Assembly (NCBI GenBank): GCA_042571125.1
Contig: JBHPFU010000001.1
Span: forward strand, 1,225 to 65,224
Origin: Nanobdellota archaeon
Lineage (GTDB): Archaea; Nanobdellota; Nanobdellia; Woesearchaeales; UBA10107
Direction: 5' to 3'
Length of the DNA: 64,000 nucleotides
Made by a program: the position numbers and the translations under genes. Each line of letters opens with the position of its first letter. Positions within the stretch are counted from its first letter, which is position 1. Shown here one piece after another: positions 8,907 through 17,338 of the stretch. The notes beneath the pieces were generated by a model. It saw nothing but the letters and a program-made list of their open reading frames with translations, was not told where the DNA came from and did not search any database.

Positions 8907-9611
8907 ATGAGCGAAAAACTACTTGAACAGGCAGGACTCACAAACTCAGAAGCAAAGATTTATTTGGCATTATTAGAGCTTGGAAGTTCTTTAGCAGGCG
9001 CGATAACAAGAAAAACAGGAGTGCACAGAAGATCGGTCTATGATGCGATTGAAAGATTGATACAGAAAGGTCTTGTTTCTTACATAAAGAAGAATAATCT
9101 GAAGTATTTTGAATCTGTGAATCCGCAGAGATTATTGGATATAGTAAAAGAAAAAGAAGATAATATTAAAGAATTCTTACCAGAACTTGAAAAAAAGTTT
9201 AATTTTGTACATAAAAAAGAAGAAACATTGTTTTTTAGAGGAAAACAGGCATTAAAAACCGTTTTTGATGACCAGATTAAAGAAGGAAAAGAAATATTAA
9301 TATTTGGCGCATCCTCAAACGCAAATGAAATAGTAAAATATTACTTCCCAAGATACGACAGAGAAAGAATCAATAAAAAAATAAAGATAAAAGCAATTTT
9401 CAATGAAAAACTAAAGAAAAAACCCGCTTTAGCAGAAATAAAATACTTACCAAAGGAATATCATTCACATACCGCAACAAATGTATACGGAAACAAGGTC
9501 GCGATCATACTTTGGTCAGAAGAACCTTTTGCTATTCTAATAAATCAGAAAGAAATTGCAGATTCTTACAGAAATTATTTTGAATTGATGTGGAAACTAG
9601 CTAAGAAGTAA
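8907..9611 (+). CDS. TrmB-family transcriptional regulator
   Basis: N-terminal wHTH LTNSEAKIYLALLELGSSLAGAITRKTGVHRRSVYDAIERLIQKGLVSY. Confidence 0.8.
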   Translation: MSEKLLEQAGLTNSEAKIYLALLELGSSLAGAITRKTGVHRRSVYDAIERLIQKGLVSYIKKNNLKYFESVNPQRLLDIVKEKEDNIKEFLPELEKKFNFVHKKEETLFFRGKQALKTVFDDQIKEGKEILIFGASSNANEIVKYYFPRYDRERINKKIKIKAIFNEKLKKKPALAEIKYLPKEYHSHTATNVYGNKVAIILWSEEPFAILINQKEIADSYRNYFELMWKLAKK

Positions 9612-10080
9612 TTATTTTCTTAAACTCATCCTCAGAAATATATTCAACATTCTCCGACATTGTTTTTAATCCTAATTCCAATGAATCCATATCCGCAATA
9701 AAATTATGAGTATAAGGATGAACTATCCAAATTCTTTCTGTTTTTGAGAATGGATTTACAAAATAAATGCTTAATTCTCTACCAAGTTCAACTAATTTAT
9801 CCCAATTTTTAATTACAAATTCAATGTTAGAAGGATGATTTAACGTAACAAGAGTTTTATAATTATTAATCCCTTTTAATTTTTCCAAAACAGAGTCATC
9901 TTTGATAGACGGAACAGCAAGGAAAGTAGCTTCTTTGTCTTTATACTTCACATAAAGGCAGTCATCACGTTTCTCAGAAGATTCAATTTTCTTAAAAACA
10001 ACATCCTTATTCTCAATATGTCTCTTTACCCAATCTACTAGAAATTCAACCTCTTTTTCTGTCATAAAGATATAATTCAT
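9601..10080 (-). CDS. hypothetical protein
   Basis: 159-aa ORF convergent with the TrmB gene. No recognisable motif. Confidence 0.45.
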   Translation of the reverse strand: MNYIFMTEKEVEFLVDWVKRHIENKDVVFKKIESSEKRDDCLYVKYKDKEATFLAVPSIKDDSVLEKLKGINNYKTLVTLNHPSNIEFVIKNWDKLVELGRELSIYFVNPFSKTERIWIVHPYTHNFIADMDSLELGLKTMSENVEYISEDEFKKIITS

Positions 10081-10238
10081 AAATATGATTTAAATAATTT
10101 TCTCTAATATATAACTTAAAAGAAATGTTTATATAGTTCAGTACCTCTACTGAATATACCAAAAACAATGGTAAAAAACACTTATTTCTGGGGGAAGATT
10201 TACCCTAGTTTCAACCACGTTCCGGAGGGGGATGAATA

Positions 10239-10340
10239 ATGGCTGAATGTTCAGTTTGCGGATTCAGGATAGAAGAAGACGAAGATTTCTGTCCAGAATG
10301 CGGTGCAAACACTGCTACAGAAGAAGGATACAAGTACTAG
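10239..10340 (+). CDS. 33-aa zinc-ribbon micro-protein
   Basis: Own translation MAECSVCGFRIEEDEDFCPECGANTATEEGYKY (CxxC...CxxC). GGAGGGGG lies upstream. Confidence 0.4.
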   Translation: MAECSVCGFRIEEDEDFCPECGANTATEEGYKY

Positions 10341-10405
10341 GAAATATCCGTGCAAAAAATAGTTACGTTTATTCTATTATTAAGATTTAGAAAAGAAAAC
10401 ACCAA

Positions 10406-11005
10406 CTATCTCATAACAAAAAATAAGTAAACAAATCTGACAGCAAGTACTGCAAAAATAATAACAAGCCATGCTGAATTTAACATTATGCTCGGCATAA
10501 GATTAAATAGAATAAATATTAACAATAATGCAAGTACAATTCCGTCAAACAATCCGAATCTTCTCAATCTTTCTTTAACATTAATCGCGATTCTTACAGA
10601 AAGAACACTCATTACTGCTCCAAGAACACTAAGTAAAACAAATCCAATAATAATCAATACTTTTTCATCAATATAAACTTGGGTTGGCTTTACAATAAGC
10701 TGTACTAGTTTAAAAATAGCAAACGGATAGAACAGGGCGCACGTCGCTCCGACAAGAAAACTTACACTGAGGTTATCATTTACATCATTTTGCTCTTCAT
10801 ATAATGCCAGCCATTTCAATAACACAAGGAAAACAGAAGCCAAAACTAAAAATATAGCAAAAATCAGACCATAATGTTCAATAACGCCCATCCCGCCAAA
10901 AAAATTCTGTTTGTCATACCAATCCGTTAAAATCGCCAGAACAATAGCAGATCCAATAGCGTAAAACGTCAAGATTCCATTATTTACGTTTTTCAAAAAC
11001 TTCAT
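10406..11005 (-). CDS. polytopic membrane protein, unknown
   Basis: 199 aa, about 6 hydrophobic segments. Confidence 0.55.
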   Translation of the reverse strand: MKFLKNVNNGILTFYAIGSAIVLAILTDWYDKQNFFGGMGVIEHYGLIFAIFLVLASVFLVLLKWLALYEEQNDVNDNLSVSFLVGATCALFYPFAIFKLVQLIVKPTQVYIDEKVLIIIGFVLLSVLGAVMSVLSVRIAINVKERLRRFGLFDGIVLALLLIFILFNLMPSIMLNSAWLVIIFAVLAVRFVYLFFVMR

Positions 11006-11064
11006 TTTACAATAACTCTAAGAAATTAATCTTAGAGGCGTGTTTATGCACCTCTCTTTTTTAA

Positions 11065-11808
11065 TTATTCGTTCTCGACTCTAGGAGCAAGAATGAAATC
11101 TAACATAACTTTATCCACTTCTTTGAATTCTATTTTCAAAGGATAATCTTTATTGAAACTTATCGAAACTTCATCAGCAAGTTTTCCGCCAGCAACCATC
11201 TTCTTTAAGTATTCAACAGAATACTTTGCTCTTATAACCTCGTCAGACTGACAATCAATTCTTGTCTGATCGTCCGGTTTTATCACGATATCTGCTTTGC
11301 TTAGGTCACCTTCTGCGCTTACAACTAATTTTGAAGGATCAGCATTTAATGTTACAGATTCAGCAACAATGCCAACATCTTCTATAACTTCATTTAAGAT
11401 ATCCGTTGTTGTTTTTATTGAAACTGGAAAACTAAGTTCAGGAACTTTTTGTTCTTTTTCTTCTATATTGATTATTGGTAGTGAAAATGTTCTCACTGTA
11501 TCGCTTTTTAGAGTAATTTTTAGTCTGCTGTCAGCCAATTCCAAACTTAAAATATCGTTTGGTTTTACTCTCCTAAGAATTTGTTTAAGATTTCCAAGAT
11601 TTATTGCAAGTTCTGTTTCTGATTCAACTTGATATTCAGAAAAACAGCTTGATAGAAGCTTGAAAACAACCATCGCAACATTTGCAGGATCCATTGCAAC
11701 AAGTTCTATTGCATCTTTGTTTATCTTGAATGTTCCTTCATTTACAAGCTCAGAAATGATCGCAATGCTGTCTTTAAAGTATTTTGGTTCAGCTAATGTA
11801 AGTTTCAT
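11065..11808 (-). CDS. pcn: DNA polymerase sliding clamp PCNA
   Basis: 247 aa. FKDSIAIISELVNEGTFKINKDAIELVAMDPANVAMV is typical of archaeal PCNA. Confidence 0.9.
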   Translation of the reverse strand: MKLTLAEPKYFKDSIAIISELVNEGTFKINKDAIELVAMDPANVAMVVFKLLSSCFSEYQVESETELAINLGNLKQILRRVKPNDILSLELADSRLKITLKSDTVRTFSLPIINIEEKEQKVPELSFPVSIKTTTDILNEVIEDVGIVAESVTLNADPSKLVVSAEGDLSKADIVIKPDDQTRIDCQSDEVIRAKYSVEYLKKMVAGGKLADEVSISFNKDYPLKIEFKEVDKVMLDFILAPRVENE

Positions 11809-11846
11809 CTCAATCCCCCTATATACTCAATATATATAGCTCCTAT

Positions 11847-14351
11847 TTAAACTTTATTGTTAGAAAATGGCAGTTCCGGGTCCCTCCCCTTTATGTTGAA
11901 AGGGGGTTTTAGGTCGGTTAGAGCGGTTCTAGCGATAGTTACCAAATCGTCATGACCTAGTTGTTCTACTAGCCTCTCTGCTTCTTCAGATCGTCCATCT
12001 TTAACTGAAATCAGGAATTTTTTCATGGTCTCTACATCTTGCTCTATTCTTTTTTTATCTTCTCCTCTTTTCTTTAATCTGAGACCTTCCATCACAAAAT
12101 TATCATTGAAAATACCAACATATCTCTGGTTTGGCAGGGAAACAAGGAACCCTCTTCCATAATCAATCGCATTCTCTTGGTTAAAATCTTCAAAGAAAAG
12201 CATCCTCCTTCCATTAATGAATCCAGATCTTCTTATTTTTTCATTTAGCGCATCAAACCCATCACAAAGACGATTGTTCCAGTCAATAATATTCACACTT
12301 CTTCCGTTTCCGATAGAATTATTTGATCCATAAGCTTTTCCAAGTATCCAATCCAGCCTGCTTTTTTCTCCAATTGTTTTTTCATCGCTTTCGTCATAGA
12401 ATTCATACGGATCAACCCTCTGACCAAGTTTTCTCTTATATTTTTCCAAATAATTTTTCATATCTGTTATTGGTTCTGCTAAAAAAGCAACAAGAGTCTG
12501 CAGAAGATCAAACTGCAAATCTTTATCTCCTACTTCTTTTGCTCTTTTTCTTATTTTCGCAGCATCTTCATTATAATCCACAATATCCGAGAAAATATCA
12601 ACAAACATAGGGTAGTAAACCATCTGCGCATCATTGAATTTTCCAGTTCGACCTTCGAATATATCTAAAAATTCAAACTTAAGCTGATCAAGATCAAGAA
12701 TCTGCTTTTCTCTTGCGATATTGAATATGTGCGCGTCCCTAAATGTGTTTAAAACTCTAAAGTATTGTCTTGCTCTTAGATTATTGCTTAAATTTTTATC
12801 AGATGTTTTGCAGATATCTGTTGGAGATCTTCTAAATAAATATGATTTTAGTAAGACATTTTCAAGACACCAATTACCCAACTCAAGAGAGACTCCTCCG
12901 TCATTAACTGTATAGTCCGCAACCTTAAAGATTGATTCTGGATATCCATCTTGGACTAACTTGGCCATTTCTTCATAACTGATGTTTTTTCTAAAATCAA
13001 TTCCTGCCCTCTGAGCATGAGGTTCAAGTTTATTGCTTTCCAGATAATTGATTGTTTTCTTAAGATAGAGCGTATCAATCTCAAATCTAGATAATGTTTC
13101 AACCTTTCCTGTAGAAGAAGATCTCATTCTCGGTTCATCTTCATTTGCCCCAGGAGCATACTTCCCATATTTTCTGCCGATATGCTTTAACTTCATCCGG
13201 TCAAATGCCTGGAGATTATGGCCAATTACAAATAAAGGATCAAAAGAACGCTCTTTTTCTGCTAATCTCATAACTAAATCCTTTTCATCTTCACAAAGAA
13301 CAACTTCTGCTCCGTTTACACTCCTTTTACCGGGATCATGTATTGTATAAAGAACATTTTCTTGTTCTGTTCGGAATATGGCCATGAATATTTTTTCATC
13401 TGGCGTATCATAATCTTGTGTTTCGATATCTATTGCACATTTTTTATCTGATATAACTTCCTCTAAACCAACTCTTGGCTGATTGAATTGATCGAATTTG
13501 CTGAAATCAATACGTCCATCTTTAATTTCAACAGTAGAAAACACAGGGAAACGATAATTAAGCATACGTTGATAAGAATTTAGCTTTTGAGGGTCTGTTC
13601 TAGTATCTTTTGCATGGAAAGTATGTAATTTAGCATCAGCTTCTTTATGTTTTAACAGATCTAATCCTCTTTTTGTACATATTGCTTTTACATAATATTT
13701 ATCTTTGCCGTGTTCTTTTTTACGTCCAAGACTTAATGAGAACTGATCATGACTTCGCATTAATCTCTTCTGCCATCTCTCTTTGTAATAATCCGCATGT
13801 ACTTTGTCATCGAAATCTTTGCTTTTTATCCAATATTTCTTGAAATAACCCGGAAGTTTTTTTAGATCCCCTTTTTCGCATGTAACTTCAATATAACTTC
13901 TGCCTTTTAATTGATATACACTAAAATCAAGATGAGAAAATTCTTCCTGGCCTTCTAATTCCTGCAATCTTTTTCTAGCTTCTTCATGAGAAAAATAACA
14001 TGAGTGCGGATTAAAACATTTTTTAAGATCTCTTAAGAAGATTGGAGGAAGATTTTCCTTATCTTCTTTATCACCGTATAAATGAACAACAGAATTGTCC
14101 TGGCTATAAGGCCGTACCTTAACACGCTCTTCAGGATATGCTCCTTCATCTATATTTGGATAATCTCTTCTTAGTTTATCGACTAAGGAACTCGCATCTG
14201 CGTGAGGCATTTTTTTTGTTGCAAACAAATGTCCGACACGCTCTTCTAAAATAATTGTTTTCTGAGCTACAGAATCTCTTAAGTAAAAAATAGCTTTGTC
14301 GCCCTTCTGAGGATGCTTTGGTTTTACTGCAGTTATATAGAGCATTTGCAT
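11847..14351 (-). CDS. family-B DNA polymerase-like protein, exonuclease motifs intact, polymerase motifs divergent
   Basis: ExoI CAIDIETQD, ExoII VIGHNLQAFDRMKL, ExoIII ADYTVNDGG. No canonical DxxSLYPS or YGDTDS seen. Confidence 0.7.
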   Translation of the reverse strand: MQMLYITAVKPKHPQKGDKAIFYLRDSVAQKTIILEERVGHLFATKKMPHADASSLVDKLRRDYPNIDEGAYPEERVKVRPYSQDNSVVHLYGDKEDKENLPPIFLRDLKKCFNPHSCYFSHEEARKRLQELEGQEEFSHLDFSVYQLKGRSYIEVTCEKGDLKKLPGYFKKYWIKSKDFDDKVHADYYKERWQKRLMRSHDQFSLSLGRKKEHGKDKYYVKAICTKRGLDLLKHKEADAKLHTFHAKDTRTDPQKLNSYQRMLNYRFPVFSTVEIKDGRIDFSKFDQFNQPRVGLEEVISDKKCAIDIETQDYDTPDEKIFMAIFRTEQENVLYTIHDPGKRSVNGAEVVLCEDEKDLVMRLAEKERSFDPLFVIGHNLQAFDRMKLKHIGRKYGKYAPGANEDEPRMRSSSTGKVETLSRFEIDTLYLKKTINYLESNKLEPHAQRAGIDFRKNISYEEMAKLVQDGYPESIFKVADYTVNDGGVSLELGNWCLENVLLKSYLFRRSPTDICKTSDKNLSNNLRARQYFRVLNTFRDAHIFNIAREKQILDLDQLKFEFLDIFEGRTGKFNDAQMVYYPMFVDIFSDIVDYNEDAAKIRKRAKEVGDKDLQFDLLQTLVAFLAEPITDMKNYLEKYKRKLGQRVDPYEFYDESDEKTIGEKSRLDWILGKAYGSNNSIGNGRSVNIIDWNNRLCDGFDALNEKIRRSGFINGRRMLFFEDFNQENAIDYGRGFLVSLPNQRYVGIFNDNFVMEGLRLKKRGEDKKRIEQDVETMKKFLISVKDGRSEEAERLVEQLGHDDLVTIARTALTDLKPPFNIKGRDPELPFSNNKV

Positions 14352-14459
14352 AGCAATTAAAACATAAATAAAAACCTTGCTTTAGTCCCAATTTTGGGAC
14401 GAAATAGATTGGAAAAGTATATAAGAAAGCAATATATCACCCTTAAAGGTGGTATAACT

Positions 14460-14879
14460 ATGAATGAAAATCAAGAAATGGATATTTTTAGATCACAAAA
14501 ACCAAATGCTACTTTGTTAAGAGAGGAATATCCTGATCAAGCGCATCTGCTTCAGGGAAATTTTGTAAATGAAACACCTTATGATTATCCTCTTCCTGAT
14601 GGAAAACATCTAGTAAGCTGGGAGCTTGAACAAGGTAGAGATATTAATCCAAGATATGGAAGAGTTCCAAGAAAATGCGAAGCCAAATTTAATACTGGTA
14701 AAAACAAAGAGACAATGAATATTCTAGAAGGAAACCTAGAAGCAGTAATAATTGGAGAACCAACACAAAAAGCAGGACCCGGAGAAAAATTAGAAATTCC
14801 TTCTCAGACTGATGTAACTTTTGTGAATAAAGGAGCCCCAGCAATGTATGTTTGCGATTTCGCAAAAGACGTTATCTAA
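14460..14879 (+). CDS. hypothetical protein
   Basis: ATG at 14460 is preceded by AGGTGG. The track start at 14394 is a TTG. Confidence 0.45.
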   Translation: MNENQEMDIFRSQKPNATLLREEYPDQAHLLQGNFVNETPYDYPLPDGKHLVSWELEQGRDINPRYGRVPRKCEAKFNTGKNKETMNILEGNLEAVIIGEPTQKAGPGEKLEIPSQTDVTFVNKGAPAMYVCDFAKDVI

Positions 14880-14907
14880 TCTTATTTATTTTTTCTAGAA
14901 ATATTAA

Positions 14908-14991
14908 TGCGGGGAGGAGGATTCGAACCCCCGTAGGCACTAAGCCAGCGGATTTTGAGTCCGCCCCGTTTGGCCGCTCCGGCATCCCCGC
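14908..14991 (-). tRNA. tRNA-Leu (anticodon CAA), long variable arm
   Basis: Reverse complement reads GCGGGGA...GCGGA-CTCAAAA-TCCGC...GGGGGTTCGAATCCTCC-TCCCCGC-A. Cloverleaf folded by hand. Confidence 0.9.
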
Positions 14992-15083
14992 AAACTTTAA
15001 CAAAGTTTGAGCAAATGACTCAAGTGAGACATTCGCGTTGCTCAGTCTCACGACATATACAAGAATTTAGTAGATATTTAAAT

Positions 15084-15425
15084 TTAACTTAAATCGCCAA
15101 GTGCGGATTCTATATCAGAAAGCTGATCTTCTATTCCTTTTAGCTCGCCAGGTTCTGCGCTAACTGGTTTTTTAATAACTGGCACTTTTTTTATCTTAAC
15201 CGTGCTTGTTTTTGGCATTTCTTTTCTTAATTGATTAAATAAAGAATTAACTTCAGAAATTTGATTTTTCAATTGTCCCATAACATCTGTTTTTTGTGCT
15301 CTGACTTCTTTAAATCTTTCAAAACCTTGTAAAGAAACAAGAACATGTCGAGATGCTTCTAGTACGGACTTCCTTAATGAGCCAGGGTCTTCAAACCTTA
15401 CAAATAAATTTGTTTCTTCAGGCAT
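15084..15425 (-). CDS. small coiled-coil protein, divergent third paralog
   Basis: N-terminal LFVRFEDPGSL...helical region aligns weakly with the two upstream genes. Its ATG directly follows the upstream stop. Confidence 0.6.
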   Translation of the reverse strand: MPEETNLFVRFEDPGSLRKSVLEASRHVLVSLQGFERFKEVRAQKTDVMGQLKNQISEVNSLFNQLRKEMPKTSTVKIKKVPVIKKPVSAEPGELKGIEDQLSDIESALGDLS

Positions 15426-15647
15426 TTACATTCCTTCTGATAGCATTGTTTCAACAACATCTATTTTGTTTTCAACATCGCCAAGTTCTGCACTCCACTT
15501 ATCAAGCTCTCCATCTTCTTGTGATTTAAGCTCAGAAAGTTTTGTTAGTGTTGTTTTTGCTTCGTTGATCTTTTTTCTTATAACTTCAACAGCAGCGACA
15601 ACATTTTCAAACTTGTCTATTTTTATAAAAACTGGTTTGTCTGTCAT
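15426..15647 (-). CDS. small coiled-coil protein, paralog 2 (minimal domain)
   Basis: 73 aa. Ungapped alignment to the C-terminus of the 173-aa upstream gene (FIKIDKFENVVAAVEVIRKKI... vs FVKIEHYKDIIATINVIRGTL...). Confidence 0.65.
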   Translation of the reverse strand: MTDKPVFIKIDKFENVVAAVEVIRKKINEAKTTLTKLSELKSQEDGELDKWSAELGDVENKIDVVETMLSEGM

Positions 15648-16169
15648 TTATATCACCTTTTCGAATAATGCTTTATCTACATTCATTAATCTTTTTCCAA
15701 TGTCTTGCAAAGATCCTTGCCATGAATCAAATTCAGAATCTTTTACATTCTTTATTTCAATCGCTCGATTAATACTGTCTGTGGTACCACCAAGAGTCCC
15801 TCTTATAACATTAATTGTTGCGATAATATCTTTGTAATGTTCAATTTTAACAAATGATTCTGTTTTAAGCGGGATCTCCTTTCTTTCTTCTACTTCAGGA
15901 ACTTCTAATTCTTTGTGTTTTTCTATTTCAGAAATAAGTTCTTTTTCCCCAACCTCTTCTCCAAGATTAGGTATCTGTTCTGGGATCTCTCCTGCAGGCA
16001 TTGGCGGAAGTTCAATCATTGCCTCTTTTTTTGGAACTTCTACTACTTTTTTATCTGTTTTAGGAGGTTCTGGTAGCTCAGGTAATTCAGGAAGTTCGGG
16101 TAATTCTGGAAGACCCTCGGGAATGGGCGGAAGGCCTATACCTTCTTTTTTCTTCTTTTTAAAGAACAT
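15648..16169 (-). CDS. proline-rich (PEL)n repeat + coiled-coil protein, paralog 1
   Basis: GGGGGTGA SD upstream. N-terminal KKKKK, LPELPELPELPELPEPP, acidic linker, C-terminal conserved 65-aa domain. Confidence 0.65.
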   Translation of the reverse strand: MFFKKKKKEGIGLPPIPEGLPELPELPELPELPEPPKTDKKVVEVPKKEAMIELPPMPAGEIPEQIPNLGEEVGEKELISEIEKHKELEVPEVEERKEIPLKTESFVKIEHYKDIIATINVIRGTLGGTTDSINRAIEIKNVKDSEFDSWQGSLQDIGKRLMNVDKALFEKVI

Positions 16170-16285
16170 TTCGCTGTTTCACCCCCATTTGATAATGAAG
16201 AGCCGTTTAGTATATTAAAACTTTTAGTAGTATTATGTAATGGTGACAGCGCAGATATTTAAATTATTGAATATTCTCGTATGTT

Positions 16286-17338
16286 ATGAAAGGAGCCTCA
16301 TTCTTAATATTCTTGATTTTAGCAAGTCCTTGCTCTGCTTTAATCAATGAAATAATGTATAATCCGATGGGTGCTGACGATAATCACGAATGGATTGAGA
16401 TACATAATTCTGGAACTCAAGCAATAGATTTGAGCGGGTGGAAATTTCATGAAGCAGGAACAAATCACGGATTGTATCTAAAACAAGGAAGTTTTGTTCT
16501 GGAGCAAGGCGATTACGCAGTCATCACAGAAGATTGGTCAACTTTTTTGATAGATTATCCAGATTTTAGTGGAAACCTGATAGATAGCACATTCTCTTTA
16601 TCAAATACCGGAGAGGATTTGGTGATTAAAGATGGATCTGGAAACGTAATTGACAATATAACTTATTCGGATGTTCTTGGAGGAAGCGAAAATGGTTTTT
16701 CAATTGGTCTTCAAAACGGAGAGTGGAAAGAAACATTCCCTTCTCCCGGTTTCCAAAATGAAATTTCAGATAAATGCGATTGGTCTGTAGAGATTGAAAC
16801 AGAAAAATACTTTTTCAACAGCGAAGATTTTGAATGGAAAGTAATAATCAGAAAAAACTACGGAGAAAAATCAGAAATTGAGATTGATCGGTGGATTAAA
16901 GACGAATCTGGAGATACTATAAAAGATTATTCAACATTAGACTATGAAATCACAACTAAAAAAACATTGAAATACTCTCCAAACCTAAAACCTGGAGCTT
17001 ATATGTTAAATGCAGAGATAGATCCTGATTGCGATGATGAAAATGATGATAATGACGAAGCAGAACTGCTTATAGCAATAAAAGGGAGTAGTTGCGAGGA
17101 AGAAGAGATAAAAGAAGTTTGCGAAGAGATTGTTGTTTCAGATTGTCCAGAGGTAATTTGCCCTGAAAAAGAAGTAATAAAAGAAGTTGTAAAAATTGTA
17201 AAAGAAAAACCAGACCTAACAGGGTTATCTGTTCTTATTTATGAATCGCCACAGGCAAAAGCTGAGAAATTAGTTTCTTACTTCATGATCGGTTTATTGA
17301 CATTAACAACTTTATTTCTAACTTTTAAGAAAAATTAA
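16286..17338 (+). CDS. secreted lamin-tail-domain (LTD) protein with C-terminal membrane anchor
   Basis: Signal-like N-terminus. LINEIMYNP...EWIEIHN...DLSGWKF...LSNTGEDLVIKD is LTD-like. Acidic/Cys-rich linker and terminal hydrophobic helix. Confidence 0.7.
   Translation: MKGASFLIFLILASPCSALINEIMYNPMGADDNHEWIEIHNSGTQAIDLSGWKFHEAGTNHGLYLKQGSFVLEQGDYAVITEDWSTFLIDYPDFSGNLIDSTFSLSNTGEDLVIKDGSGNVIDNITYSDVLGGSENGFSIGLQNGEWKETFPSPGFQNEISDKCDWSVEIETEKYFFNSEDFEWKVIIRKNYGEKSEIEIDRWIKDESGDTIKDYSTLDYEITTKKTLKYSPNLKPGAYMLNAEIDPDCDDENDDNDEAELLIAIKGSSCEEEEIKEVCEEIVVSDCPEVICPEKEVIKEVVKIVKEKPDLTGLSVLIYESPQAKAEKLVSYFMIGLLTLTTLFLTFKKN

Noticed and set aside
15008-15051. Classical H-type pseudoknot interpretation of the interleaved repeats.
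   Set aside because: There is no loop nucleotide between the 3' arms (15044/15045), which is sterically unfavourable for two 7-bp stems. Alternative hairpins are more plausible.
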